Shown piece after piece: positions 15,313 to 25,451 of a DNA stretch of 64,000 bases (its first letter is position 1; every line of letters begins with the position of its first letter). Made by a program: the position numbers and the translations under genes. Location of the stretch: NCBI RefSeq assembly GCF_055900595.2, contig NZ_CM148325.1. One strand, written 5' to 3'. Below the pieces are notes generated by a model. It was given only the letters and a program-made list of their open reading frames with translations. It searched no databases and was not told the origin of the DNA.

Positions 15313-15371
15313 CGTTTCAGTTAACGTTTCAGGCAATGTTTCACTGCGTTTCATTGCAACAATTATGAAAC
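15313..15371. promoter_or_regulatory. Putative PrpR enhancer (UAS): phased GTTTCA repeats ending in a GTTTCAT-N10-ATGAAAC palindrome
   Basis: Four (C/T)GTTTCA copies at about 12-bp spacing; 7-bp inverted repeat at about 15348..15371; lies 75-150 bp upstream of the sigma54 promoter. Confidence 0.55.
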
Positions 15372-15414
15372 AAGACTAAACCCAATATTCGGTTTCTTAA
15401 CTTTGCGGTGCGCT

Positions 15415-17001
15415 ATGGCACATCCACCACGGCTGAATGACGACAAACCGGTTATCTGGACGGTATCTGTAACGCGGCTGTTCGAGCTGTTTCGCGATAT
15501 CAGTCTCGAGTTTGATCACCTGGCGAATATCACCCCTATTCAGCTTGGCTTTGAAAAAGCGGTGACCTACATCCGCAAAAAACTGGCCAGCGAACGCTGC
15601 GACGCCATCATTGCCGCTGGCTCTAACGGTGCGTACCTGAAAAGCCGCCTGTCGGTACCGGTGATTCTGATAAAACCGAGTGGCTACGATGTGTTACAGG
15701 CGCTGGCAAAAGCCGGAAAACTCACCTCTTCTATCGGCGTTGTCACCTATCAGGAAACCATTCCGGCACTGGTAGCGTTTCAAAAAACCTTTAATTTGCG
15801 CCTCGACCAACGTAGCTACATTACCGAAGAAGACGCACGCGGGCAGATTAACGAGCTAAAAGCTAACGGCACCGAAGCGGTGGTCGGTGCGGGGCTGATT
15901 ACCGATCTGGCAGAAGAAGCCGGAATGACCGGAATTTTTATTTATTCCGCCGCCACCGTGCGCCAGGCGTTCAGCGATGCGCTGGATATGACGCGCATGT
16001 CGTTACGCCATAACACTCACGATGCCACCCGCAACGCCCTGCGTACTCGTTACGTGCTGGGCGATATGCTCGGTCAATCACCACAGATGGAACAGGTACG
16101 GCAGACTATTTTGCTGTATGCCCGCTCCAGTGCGGCGGTGTTGATTGAAGGGGAAACGGGGACGGGCAAAGAGCTGGCGGCCCAGGCGATTCATCGGGAA
16201 TATTTTGCCCGCCACGATGCGCGACAGGGCAAAAAGTCGCATCCGTTTGTTGCCGTCAACTGCGGGGCGATTGCTGAATCTCTGCTGGAAGCGGAGCTGT
16301 TTGGCTATGAGGAAGGAGCGTTTACCGGCTCGCGACGCGGAGGACGCGCCGGGCTGTTTGAAATCGCCCACGGTGGCACGCTGTTTCTTGACGAGATAGG
16401 CGAAATGCCGCTGCCGTTGCAGACCCGGCTACTGCGGGTGCTGGAAGAAAAAGAGGTCACTCGCGTCGGCGGGCATCAGCCTGTTCCGGTGGATGTGCGG
16501 GTTATTAGCGCCACTCACTGCAATCTCGAAGAGGATATGCAGCAAGGGCGTTTTCGCCGTGATCTGTTTTATCGACTGAGTATTTTGCGTCTGCAATTGC
16601 CGCCGCTACGCGAGCGGGTGGCGGATATTCTGCCGCTGGCGGAAAGCTTTTTGAAAGTGTCACTGGCGGCACTTACTGCGCCTTTTTCTTCCGCGTTACG
16701 TCAGGGATTACAGGCAAGTGAAACTGTGCTATTGCGCTACAACTGGCCGGGAAATATTCGTGAACTGCGCAATATGATGGAACGACTGGCGCTATTTTTA
16801 AGTGTGGAACCAACGCCGGATTTAACGCCGCAATTTTTGCAGTTGCTACTGCCGGAACTGGCGCGCGAGTCGGAGGAAACTCCCGCTCCACGTTTACTGA
16901 CGCCACAACAGGCACTGGAGAAATTTAATGGCGATAAAACTGCCGCGGCCAATTATTTAGGTATCAGCCGAACGACATTCTGGCGGCGGCTGAAAAACTG
17001 A
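15415..17001 (+). CDS. prpR: sigma54-dependent transcriptional activator of the prp operon, 528 aa
   Basis: AAA+ sigma54-interaction domain ([13 protein letters not shown] motifs) and C-terminal HTH; ATG at 15415 ([15 protein letters not shown]) inside ORF 15403..17001. Confidence 0.93.
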   Translation: MAHPPRLNDDKPVIWTVSVTRLFELFRDISLEFDHLANITPIQLGFEKAVTYIRKKLASERCDAIIAAGSNGAYLKSRLSVPVILIKPSGYDVLQALAKAGKLTSSIGVVTYQETIPALVAFQKTFNLRLDQRSYITEEDARGQINELKANGTEAVVGAGLITDLAEEAGMTGIFIYSAATVRQAFSDALDMTRMSLRHNTHDATRNALRTRYVLGDMLGQSPQMEQVRQTILLYARSSAAVLIEGETGTGKELAAQAIHREYFARHDARQGKKSHPFVAVNCGAIAESLLEAELFGYEEGAFTGSRRGGRAGLFEIAHGGTLFLDEIGEMPLPLQTRLLRVLEEKEVTRVGGHQPVPVDVRVISATHCNLEEDMQQGRFRRDLFYRLSILRLQLPPLRERVADILPLAESFLKVSLAALTAPFSSALRQGLQASETVLLRYNWPGNIRELRNMMERLALFLSVEPTPDLTPQFLQLLLPELARESEETPAPRLLTPQQALEKFNGDKTAAANYLGISRTTFWRRLKN

Positions 17002-17004
17002 AAT

Positions 17005-17040
17005 GCCGAATCCAGCGCGAACGCCTTATCCGGCATAAAT
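17005..17040. repeat. REP element downstream of prpR
   Basis: tgccgaatccagcgcgaacgccttatccggca. Confidence 0.5.
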
Positions 17041-17098
17041 TTCAATAGATGATCACCGATAAACTTACGCATCGGGCATGTTTACATGGGGTGCAGAA

Positions 17099-17374
17099 TT
17101 ATTTCTTCTTATAAATATTTGCCGTGCCGTGGATCTTATTGTCAGTTTGACCAGAGGTCAGCACCAACACATCTGCCCCTTTTTCATCCGCTTTTTTGAT
17201 CAGATCTTCTTTCGCATCTGCAGTCGACATTTCATTACTGGTTGAAATATCACCTATTTTTTCGTACTGCGATGCAACTTTTTCAAATTCCGCTTTGGTC
17301 ATTAATTCTGCGGCATAAACGTTGGTAACGGCAAACGCTAACGCACCGATTAACATTTTAGAGATTATTTTCAT
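17099..17374 (-). CDS. yahO: small periplasmic DUF1471-family protein, 91 aa
   Basis: Signal peptide [23 protein letters not shown] followed by a small soluble domain; position next to prpR as in K-12. Confidence 0.85.
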   Translation of the reverse strand: MKIISKMLIGALAFAVTNVYAAELMTKAEFEKVASQYEKIGDISTSNEMSTADAKEDLIKKADEKGADVLVLTSGQTDNKIHGTANIYKKK

Positions 17375-17558
17375 ATTACGGCTCCAGAGTTGTTATCAAA
17401 CTATCACCCACCCATATTATTGGGTTGATTAATAATTAGTTCAGTCAGGGCATAAACGCCAGTAACCGGAAATAAGACACTTTGTGATCTCTCTCGCATC
17501 CGATTACTTTTTGTAGAAATATGATGAAGTTACTTCACTTATTTATGGATCAAATCAC

Positions 17559-18191
17559 ATGGATCCCTTGCACGCCGTTTACCTGACCGTAGGACTGTTC
17601 GTGATGACTTTTTTTAATCCGGGAGCCAATCTTTTTGTGGTGGTACAAACCAGCCTGGCTTCCGGTCGACGCGCAGGAGTGCTGACCGGGTTGGGCGTGG
17701 CACTGGGCGATGCGTTTTATTCCGGGTTGGGTTTGTATGGTCTTGCGACACTCATTACGCAGTGTGAGGAGATTTTTTCGCTTATCAGAATCGTAGGCGG
17801 CGCTTATCTCTTATGGTTTGCGTGGTGCAGCATGCGCCGCCAGTCAACACCGCAAATAAGCACACTACAACAACCGATTAGCGCCCCCTGGTATGTCTTT
17901 TTTCGCCGTGGATTAATTACCGATCTCTCTAATCCACAGACCGTTTTATTTTTTATCAGTATTTTCTCAGTAACGTTAAATGCTGAAACACCAACTTGGG
18001 CACGTTTAATGGCCTGGACGGGAATTGTGTTCGCATCAATTATCTGGCGAGTCTTTCTTAGTCAGGCGTTTTCTTTGCCCGCTGTGCGTCGTGCTTATGG
18101 GCGTATGCAACGCGTTGCCAGTCGGGTTATTGGTGCAATTATTGGTGTATTCGCGCTACGCCTGATTTACGAAGGAGTAACACAGCGGTGA
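17559..18191 (+). CDS. yahN: LysE/RhtB-family amino-acid exporter-like membrane protein
   Basis: 210-aa hydrophobic ORF; an upstream ATG pair at 17521 is out of frame and hits a stop after 21 codons. Confidence 0.85.
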   Translation: MDPLHAVYLTVGLFVMTFFNPGANLFVVVQTSLASGRRAGVLTGLGVALGDAFYSGLGLYGLATLITQCEEIFSLIRIVGGAYLLWFAWCSMRRQSTPQISTLQQPISAPWYVFFRRGLITDLSNPQTVLFFISIFSVTLNAETPTWARLMAWTGIVFASIIWRVFLSQAFSLPAVRRAYGRMQRVASRVIGAIIGVFALRLIYEGVTQR

Positions 18192-18316
18192 GCAGATAAT
18201 TTACTCTCTACGTAATCAACCTGATTTGCCGAATCCCGCTCATCGGCGATGATACCCCCCGTAATGCGTGGTCCTTATTTCCGATAAGTTTACTTGAGTC
18301 TTTAGCTTCCCATTTC

Positions 18317-18346
18317 AGCCCACTCTCCCCTGTGTGGGCTTTTTTC
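18317..18346 (+). terminator. Rho-independent terminator about 125 nt downstream of yahN
   Basis: agcccac-tctcccctgt-gtgggct hairpin followed by TTTTTTC. Confidence 0.7.
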
Positions 18347-18437
18347 ATTTGTCTGCTTCAGTGAGTAGCTGGCCATGCTCCATCCACTCTGCAAGGATGA
18401 TAATAAGAGGATCTGATTCAGAAGAGTTTTGAAAAAT

Positions 18438-18518
18438 TGGACCGCCATCGAGGCCTCGAACCCCGTACCATACAACAATCCTGGTTGTCGTCTGCTCTTC
18501 CTGATGAGCTAATGGCGG
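18438..18518 (-). ncRNA. tRNA-like element (degenerate; possible pseudo-tRNA or integration scar)
   Basis: Minus strand: perfect 7-bp acceptor stem CCGCCAT/ATGGCGG, D-arm GCTC-ATCAGGAA-GAGC, T-arm CGGGG-TTCGAGG-CCTCG, discriminator T then CCA; anticodon arm non-canonical (loop CAGGATT, no U33) with 4 extra nt before it. Confidence 0.45.
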
Positions 18519-18820
18519 TTTGTGATATGAGCCTTACAGCATATTGTCTGTCAGGCTTGAGTGCGATGCGTAAGATACAGAAAAGACCCCACACAAACAT
18601 GATGGAATTATGATTTTTTTCATATGAATGTCAACCAACACATTCATAAAACACTCGCACAAGTTCACTTTTTAAGCAACATGACGCCGATCACAACAAA
18701 ATATCGGCGAAAAAGGAGGGTAAATGCCATTTGACGTAGAGATAAGCAGATGAAATGATTACCCGCTTTGCGATTCACTCTCTGATGGAATAACAAATTG
18801 GAGATGGAAAAGTTTCTAAA

Positions 18821-19636
18821 CTAAAGAGTGTAGCGTATTTTAACGTGCTTATTTACAGGATAATATTTGTCACCTAATTCCTGCACTCTATTAGATACCC
18901 ATTGATTTAATCGTGCATCATCTCTGTATGTTTTCACGTTCAGAACGGAGAGCAATAACATCACTAGCGATTCAGGAAAAACAGGGTAAATATTTTTTAA
19001 GTGCAATAATAATTCATACGCAAGCGCCTGCTTAATAGGTGCGTCTGCATCCGGAATGCGCGACATTTCGCGAAGCCATTTTTCTACATGCTCACATTCT
19101 TTCCCTTCACGGAAAAGTCTCAACAAAGGCATATGGTGCTCAAGAAGAATGCATTTGCAATCTGTTCGTACTGAATCGATAAACTGCACTAATTTCTTAA
19201 GTCCGGTGAAGCGTCCGGCATGGATATTCTCTTTAATATCAAGAAACACGTCATCCTGATCATATACCCAAACGGTCCCTTTTTGATTTTCAAGTATCCG
19301 AAAAACAAACTTAATCGGGTAATCAGGGTAATCCACCCAGTCATAAACTCCAGGGAAATCATTAAACTGCACATTTATGGTAAGCGCATTGTCGGCTGCC
19401 CACTCGCAATCTCGTACGGCAGCCATGAGATAAATGAGTTTATCATCATCGACTAAATCATCACGACAATCATAAGGATAATCATAGTATTGTTTAATCA
19501 AAACCTTGAATATATCGACACAAGAAACCAGTGTACTTCTGATATCTTCAGGTAACTGATTGTTTTTAAACGTATTGTGTACGCTTTGTTTCGTATATAG
19601 CAACAAATTATTGTGCGGCGCTTTTAATGGTATCAT
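18821..19636 (-). CDS. yahL: uncharacterised protein, 271 aa, in an AT-rich segment
   Basis: Long ORF with clear ATG in a visibly AT-rich stretch; position between yahN and yahK. Confidence 0.75.
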   Translation of the reverse strand: MIPLKAPHNNLLLYTKQSVHNTFKNNQLPEDIRSTLVSCVDIFKVLIKQYYDYPYDCRDDLVDDDKLIYLMAAVRDCEWAADNALTINVQFNDFPGVYDWVDYPDYPIKFVFRILENQKGTVWVYDQDDVFLDIKENIHAGRFTGLKKLVQFIDSVRTDCKCILLEHHMPLLRLFREGKECEHVEKWLREMSRIPDADAPIKQALAYELLLHLKNIYPVFPESLVMLLLSVLNVKTYRDDARLNQWVSNRVQELGDKYYPVNKHVKIRYTL

Positions 19637-19878
19637 TGCGATCTCTCTTAAATAAAAATAAACGTCGCAGATAATAAAGCCCTGATTAAACCAGGCACTA
19701 TCAGAAATCGCTCATAACTAACGAGTGAAGTATTGTGTACTGGAGGGAGTTATTTTAACAATTTGAATTTACGTTATAGGTTTTACCGCTACTTTGATAT
19801 TATTTCGCTCTCCTTAACTAAAAAGTTAAGTGGAGAGCGAAGTTAATATGTTAAACCACAGGGTATTTATTAATTGTT

Positions 19879-20928
19879 TCAGTCTGTTAGTGTGCGATTA
19901 TCGATAACAAAACGATATTTCACATCTCCTCGCAGCATTCGCTCATAGGCTTCATTAATTTGATCGGCCCGAATCATCTCTATATCAGCCACGATGCCAT
20001 GTTCGGCGCAAAAATCGAGCATCTCCTGTGTTTCTGGAATGCCGCCAATCATAGAGCCGGCTATCGCGCGGCGTTTCATGATCAGGTTGAAAACTTCCGG
20101 CGATTTATGCGGTGTCGCAGGCGCACCAACCAGCGTCATGGTGCCATCGCGCTTCAGCAAGGTGGTAAAATCGTCGAGATTATGTGGCGCAGCTACGGTA
20201 TTCAAAATGAAATCGAAACTCTTCACATGAGCCGCCATCTCATCGGCATTGCGCGAGTTAACAACTTCATCGGCCCCAAGGGCTTTTGCCGCTTCGCGTT
20301 TTGACTCAGACGTGGTAAACGCCACTACATGCGCCCCCATCGAGTGGGCCAGCTTTATCCCCATATGCCCCAGACCGCCAATGCCGACCACTCCCACTTT
20401 TTTACCCGGCCCGGCCTGCCAGTGACGCAGCGGCGAGTACGTGGTGATCCCTGCACACAATAAAGGCGCCACCGCCGCCAGTTGCGCTTGCGGGTGACGA
20501 ATACGCAGAACATATCGCTCGTGAACGACAATCTGTTGTGAGTAGCCGCCCAGCGTATGGCCCGGTTCGTCCGGCGTCGGCGAGTTATAGGTGCCGGTCA
20601 TGTGATCACAGTAGTTTTCCAGCCCGTCTTCACACTCTTCGCAATGTTTACAACTGTCGACAATGCAGCCGACACCGACCAGATCGCCCGGCGCATATTT
20701 TTCTACCTGATCACCAACGGCTACCACGCGCCCTACAATTTCATGGCCCGGCACGCAGGGATAAACCGTCCCCGCCCACTCGGAACGGACCTGGTGGATA
20801 TCGGAATGGCAGACGCCACAGTAAGCGATTTCAATTTTGACATCATGCGGTCCCGGTTCACGCCGGGTAATATCCATCGGTTCCAGCGGTTGTTTAGCGG
20901 AATATGCACCAACAGCTTTGATCTTCAT
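19879..20928 (-). CDS. yahK: zinc-dependent alcohol dehydrogenase family aldehyde reductase, 349 aa
   Basis: MDR/ADH motifs (GVCHSD, GHEIVG, GIGGLGH); 349 aa. Confidence 0.9.
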   Translation of the reverse strand: MKIKAVGAYSAKQPLEPMDITRREPGPHDVKIEIAYCGVCHSDIHQVRSEWAGTVYPCVPGHEIVGRVVAVGDQVEKYAPGDLVGVGCIVDSCKHCEECEDGLENYCDHMTGTYNSPTPDEPGHTLGGYSQQIVVHERYVLRIRHPQAQLAAVAPLLCAGITTYSPLRHWQAGPGKKVGVVGIGGLGHMGIKLAHSMGAHVVAFTTSESKREAAKALGADEVVNSRNADEMAAHVKSFDFILNTVAAPHNLDDFTTLLKRDGTMTLVGAPATPHKSPEVFNLIMKRRAIAGSMIGGIPETQEMLDFCAEHGIVADIEMIRADQINEAYERMLRGDVKYRFVIDNRTLTD

Positions 20929-21014
20929 TGTGTTTACTCCTGATTAGCTATATGTATTTGGCGATGACTGAAATGCCATCGCAGCAAAACGCGTCCATTG
21001 AATATAGCCAATAT

Positions 21015-21971
21015 TTAAACCACCCGATCCAGTCCCAACATGCCGCGAGCCTGAATGAAACAGAGCAGCAACGTTCCCCATAAGGCCATCGTCAGGTAGG
21101 GGCTTATCCCGAGAATATTGAAGCCGCTTTCAATAATTTGCAGAAGAAACAGCGCCAGCACCATACCAATTATCCGCCCGCTGCCGCCGTCCGGATTAAC
21201 CCCGCCGAGTACTGCCGCGAGGATTGACACCAGCAAGTACGATTCGCCATAAGAGGCCTTAGCCGAGTTGAGTTTCGACATCATCAAAAATGCCGCTACC
21301 GCACAAAGCAAGGCGGAAATGACATACACCCATATCAGCACCCGACGCGTGTTAATACCGGAGTAAAGTGTTGCTCGTTCGTTAGAACCAATCAGATAAA
21401 TGGATTTACCGAGCGGCGTTTTCTCCAGCAATATCCACAGCCCCAGCGCCACTGCGGTAAACAACCACATCGGTAGCGGAATACCGAACCACTGTGCATG
21501 ATTCAACCACAGCACCCATGAGGGATAATTGGCAATGGCGCTACCGCCTGTCACCAGAATATTTACCCCTTTGAGCAACGTCATCATCCCAAGCGTTGCA
21601 AGAATTGGCGACACTCGAATACCGGCAATCAATACGCCATTACATAAACCAATTATCACCGCCGCACCAGCGCCCGCCAGCAGCGTAGCGACAACCGTAG
21701 TAATACCCGGCGGATACTGAGTCGCCACCCACGCCATCACCAGTGAACAGGCGTTAGCGGTAGCAATAATTGACAAGTTAATGCCGCCACAAAGCATGGT
21801 CACCGCCATAGCCAACGCCAGAATGCCCAGCACGGGCATTTGCGAAGCGACAGACTGGAAGTTACTTATCGACCAGAAAATCTCCGGCATAGTAATGCTG
21901 AACGCGGCAACAGTTAGCACCAGCAGGCCGATCAAATAAAACTCAACGTTATTACGCCACGATTTTTTCAT
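21015..21971 (-). CDS. sugar ABC transporter permease (CUT2 family, RbsC/LsrD-like)
   Basis: Polytopic membrane ORF; ATG at 21971 overlaps the stop of the upstream permease (ATGA coupling); ORF-track start 22001 is a GTG extension. Confidence 0.8.
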   Translation of the reverse strand: MKKSWRNNVEFYLIGLLVLTVAAFSITMPEIFWSISNFQSVASQMPVLGILALAMAVTMLCGGINLSIIATANACSLVMAWVATQYPPGITTVVATLLAGAGAAVIIGLCNGVLIAGIRVSPILATLGMMTLLKGVNILVTGGSAIANYPSWVLWLNHAQWFGIPLPMWLFTAVALGLWILLEKTPLGKSIYLIGSNERATLYSGINTRRVLIWVYVISALLCAVAAFLMMSKLNSAKASYGESYLLVSILAAVLGGVNPDGGSGRIIGMVLALFLLQIIESGFNILGISPYLTMALWGTLLLCFIQARGMLGLDRVV

Positions 21972-22939
21972 AGCAGACTCCGGTTCTGATGCTGACTCCA
22001 CGCCGTGGCGCTAATGCTGGCAACGATGATGATGCCTGTGATCAATGTTTGCCAGTAAGACGAGACTCCCAATAAATTTAGCCCGTTTTGCATCACTGCC
22101 AACAACACCACGCCGAGCAAAGTACCGGTTAACGTGCCGCGCCCGCCGAGCAAACTAGTGCCGCCAAGCACCACCGCAGCCAGTACTGTCAGCTCATAAC
22201 CCAGAAGAGAATCGGGGGCGACAGTCATCACCGTCCACGACTGCACTACACCCGCAGCACCAGACATCAATCCCATATAGCCGTAAACGAAAAGTTGCAG
22301 TTTCAGCACGCTAAAGCCGATGCGACTGGCTGATTCACGGTTCCCGCCAAGGGCATAAATTTTGCGCCCTACACTGGTGAAATTCATGATAAACGCTGTC
22401 AGCAGCACCACCGTAATCATGGCGATCAGCGGCAGACCAAGGCCATAGTCATAGCCGTCAGCATCGGTGTACTTGAACAACATTACCCCCTGCTCAAACC
22501 ACGGCGGAAAGTCGTACAGCCACACACCTTTACTCAACCATAACAGCAGGCCATAGAAAATATTCAGCGTCGAAATGGTGATGATGATAGAAGGCACCCG
22601 TAGGCGATTAACCAGTAAGGCGTTTATTAAGCCAAGTAAAATGCCGATGCCGCCCGCCAGGGCAAACGCGACAGCAAAGTTGCCACCCATTTTTTGTAGC
22701 AACAGCACCATGCCGTATTGCGCAATGATGGTCATTGCCGGAAACGAAATATCAATTCCACCGGAAATTAACACCACAAACAAACCACAGGCGAGAATAG
22801 TCAACATGGCATAGTTATTGGCGAGATCGTACAAATTACCGAATGTCAGAAACTCGTCGCTGCGCCAGGCAAGGCCAACAAACAGCACTATAATCAGTAA
22901 TGCCAGCCAGAATTCATGGCGTTTTTTCAGTTCAGCCAT
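21968..22939 (-). CDS. sugar ABC transporter permease (CUT2 family, RbsC/LsrC-like), 323 aa
   Basis: Polytopic membrane ORF; start overlaps the ATPase stop. Confidence 0.85.
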   Translation of the reverse strand: MAELKKRHEFWLALLIIVLFVGLAWRSDEFLTFGNLYDLANNYAMLTILACGLFVVLISGGIDISFPAMTIIAQYGMVLLLQKMGGNFAVAFALAGGIGILLGLINALLVNRLRVPSIIITISTLNIFYGLLLWLSKGVWLYDFPPWFEQGVMLFKYTDADGYDYGLGLPLIAMITVVLLTAFIMNFTSVGRKIYALGGNRESASRIGFSVLKLQLFVYGYMGLMSGAAGVVQSWTVMTVAPDSLLGYELTVLAAVVLGGTSLLGGRGTLTGTLLGVVLLAVMQNGLNLLGVSSYWQTLITGIIIVASISATAWSQHQNRSLL

Positions 22940-24416
22940 TTACCACCTCCGCAATCCTGGCCTGAGAACTGCTGTCAGGCAGGAAGCTATGGGTGATCTG
23001 ACCTTTTTGCATTACCAAAATCCGGTGGCTTTGATACCACGCTTCTTCAATTTCATCGCAGATCATCAATACCGCAATGCCATGAGCCGCCAGATCGCTG
23101 ATAATGCCGTATATTCCTGCTTTGTTGGCGATATCAACACCGACAGTCGGGCTATCGAGAATCAACAGTCGTGGCCCAATCGCCAGCCATTTGGCGATCG
23201 ATACTCGCTGCGCGTTACCCCCGGAAAGCGTATTCACCGGGAGATGTGGGTCAGAGACTTTGATGGTCAATGCCTTAATTAGCCTGTCCACCAGGTCACG
23301 CACTTTAGCTTCACTCAGAAAGCCGAAGCGATCTTTTACCTTGTGAAAAACAGTGCTAATGATGTTGTCTTCAATAGATTGCGCCATCACCAAACCGCGC
23401 GACATGCGATCTTCCGAAACATAACCAATACCGTGGCGGATGGCGTCCTGGTTACTATGCAGTGTAACCGGCTGACCGTTGATGAGGATCTCACCAGCAT
23501 CCGGTCGGGTCATACCAAACAGACTCAGACATAATTCCGTGCGCCCCGCACCAAGCAGGCCAACAATCGACACCACTTCGCCCGCTTCCACCCGCAAGTT
23601 AATATTTTGATATTCCCCATGACGACTTAAATTACGCACCTCCAGCACTGGGGTGCTGGATTTTCCCTGCCACAACTCTCGCACCTGATATTCAAACTCC
23701 TGGCCGGTCATCAGGAAACCGAGTTGTTTTGTGGTCATCTCTGCAGCCGGAAAGGTCCCGACCAGCTCACCATCTTTCAACACTGAAATACGGTCGGAAA
23801 CTTCCATCACCTCTTCCAGACGATGACTGACGAAGACCACGCAGATCCCGCGTTCCCGCAATTGATGCACCACCTGTAATAACCCTTGCACTTCCTGATG
23901 GGTCAGCGAAGCGGTTGGTTCATCCATCACGATCAACCGTGCGTCCTGCGCCAGTGCACGGCAAATTGCCACCAGCTGACAGCGGGCAATTGAAAGCTCA
24001 GAAACGAGCGTATCCAGTGGCAATGTGACGTTAATACTGGTCATTGCCGCCTGCGCCACCTCACGCAGACGACGTCGGTTAACAAACAGTCCGTGGTGAT
24101 AGTGATTCACGGCGATATTCTCCCAGACACTCAGGTTAGGAAATAAAGAGAGGTCCTGATAAATCACCTGAATCCCCTGCGCCACCGAAGCGGCGGGTGT
24201 CAGCTTTGACCAGTTTTTCCCACCAAGCGTAATTTCCGCCCCCTCATCCGGGCGATAAACACCGGACATAATTTTAATCAACGTCGATTTACCACAGCCG
24301 TTTTGCCCGGCAAGGCAGTGCACCTCACCCGACATAAAGTCGAGAGAAACATCGCGCAGCGCTCGCGTGGCATGAAACGTTTTGTTGATATGACGAAGGG
24401 AAAGGAAGGTTTCCAT
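22932..24416 (-). CDS. sugar ABC transporter ATP-binding protein with duplicated ABC domains (RbsA/LsrA-like)
   Basis: Walker A GQNGCGKST, signature LSGGNAQR and a second ABC domain; ATG at 24416 (METFLSLRH...) preferred over the TTG at 24431. Confidence 0.85.
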   Translation of the reverse strand: METFLSLRHINKTFHATRALRDVSLDFMSGEVHCLAGQNGCGKSTLIKIMSGVYRPDEGAEITLGGKNWSKLTPAASVAQGIQVIYQDLSLFPNLSVWENIAVNHYHHGLFVNRRRLREVAQAAMTSINVTLPLDTLVSELSIARCQLVAICRALAQDARLIVMDEPTASLTHQEVQGLLQVVHQLRERGICVVFVSHRLEEVMEVSDRISVLKDGELVGTFPAAEMTTKQLGFLMTGQEFEYQVRELWQGKSSTPVLEVRNLSRHGEYQNINLRVEAGEVVSIVGLLGAGRTELCLSLFGMTRPDAGEILINGQPVTLHSNQDAIRHGIGYVSEDRMSRGLVMAQSIEDNIISTVFHKVKDRFGFLSEAKVRDLVDRLIKALTIKVSDPHLPVNTLSGGNAQRVSIAKWLAIGPRLLILDSPTVGVDIANKAGIYGIISDLAAHGIAVLMICDEIEEAWYQSHRILVMQKGQITHSFLPDSSSQARIAEVVNG

Positions 24417-24464
24417 AGCATCCCCTGGCAATAAGAATCGGGGCTTTCGCCCCGAAGAAATGGA

Positions 24465-25451
24465 TTAATAAAGTGAGTCAATATTGTCTTTGTTGACCAG
24501 TAATACCTTATGGAAACGGATAATTCGCTTATCCATATCTACGTCGGCCTTACCGAGATTCTCCATTTCTAATCCAGGTTTGATCTCTTCACCCTTCAGC
24601 AACGTGCTGGCGACGGCCGCGAGTGCGTAACCTGCAGAGGCCGGATCGTAAGTAATCCCTTCGGTGATATCACCACTTTTAATCAATGATGCCGCCTGTG
24701 AAGGGATCATCATGCCATAGACTGCGACTTTATTTTTCGCCCGTTTCTCTTTCACCGCACGTCCCGCGCCAATCGGACCGTTTGAACCAAAGGAGACAAC
24801 CGCTTTCAAGTCAGGATAGGTTTTCATCAGGTCCAGTGTGGTACGACGTGAGTCATCCACACTCTCGGCAACCGGCATGCGGCGGGTAACTTCATGCATA
24901 TCCGGGTAATGCTCTTTCTGGTATTTCACCAGCAAGTCAGCCCATAAGTTATGCTGCGGCACGGTCAAACTACCCACATAAATCACATAGCCGCCCTTGC
25001 CACCCATGCGTTTCGCCATATGTTCAACATATTCAGCGGCAAATTTTTCGTTATCAATGATTTCGATATCCCAGTTAGCACTTGGCTGACCGGGGGATTC
25101 GTTGGTCAGAACCACAATTCCGGCATCTCGCGCTTTTTTGAATACCGGTTCTAGCACGTTGGCATCGTTTGGCACGATAGTAATTGCGTTAACCTTACGA
25201 GCGATTAAATCCTCAATAATTTTAACCTGTTGCGGAGCATCAGTACTTGAAGGTCCCACCTGTGACGCATTAACCCCAAAGGCTTTACCTGCCTCGACCA
25301 CACCTTCGCCCATGCGATTAAACCACGGCATACCATCGACTTTAGAGATATTCACCACGACTTTTTCCGCTGCCTGGAGCGGCGAGGAAATTAGCGCAGC
25401 GCCTAATAACAGCGAAGACACCATATTGATAACAAAACGTTTATTCATCAT
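24465..25451 (-). CDS. periplasmic sugar-binding protein (RbsB/LsrB-like), 328 aa
   Basis: Signal peptide MMNKRFVINMVSSLLLGAALISSPLQAAE; type I periplasmic-binding-protein fold; C-terminal NKDNID motif resembles LsrB as recalled. Confidence 0.8.
   Translation of the reverse strand: MMNKRFVINMVSSLLLGAALISSPLQAAEKVVVNISKVDGMPWFNRMGEGVVEAGKAFGVNASQVGPSSTDAPQQVKIIEDLIARKVNAITIVPNDANVLEPVFKKARDAGIVVLTNESPGQPSANWDIEIIDNEKFAAEYVEHMAKRMGGKGGYVIYVGSLTVPQHNLWADLLVKYQKEHYPDMHEVTRRMPVAESVDDSRRTTLDLMKTYPDLKAVVSFGSNGPIGAGRAVKEKRAKNKVAVYGMMIPSQAASLIKSGDITEGITYDPASAGYALAAVASTLLKGEEIKPGLEMENLGKADVDMDKRIIRFHKVLLVNKDNIDSLY

Noticed and set aside
17521-17586. Upstream ATG-ATG as an N-terminal extension of yahN
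   Set aside because: That frame hits a stop after 21 codons and is out of frame with the yahN body; the in-frame ATG at 17559 is used.
18500-18507. CTGATGAG motif suggestive of a hammerhead ribozyme core on the + strand
   Set aside because: No matching GAAA core or three-stem architecture around it; the same bases are better explained as the D-loop side of the minus-strand tRNA-like fold.
18418-18600. 60-aa ORF on the minus strand between yahN and yahL
   Set aside because: Overlaps the tRNA-like element, has no SD, and reads as low-complexity; treated as non-coding.
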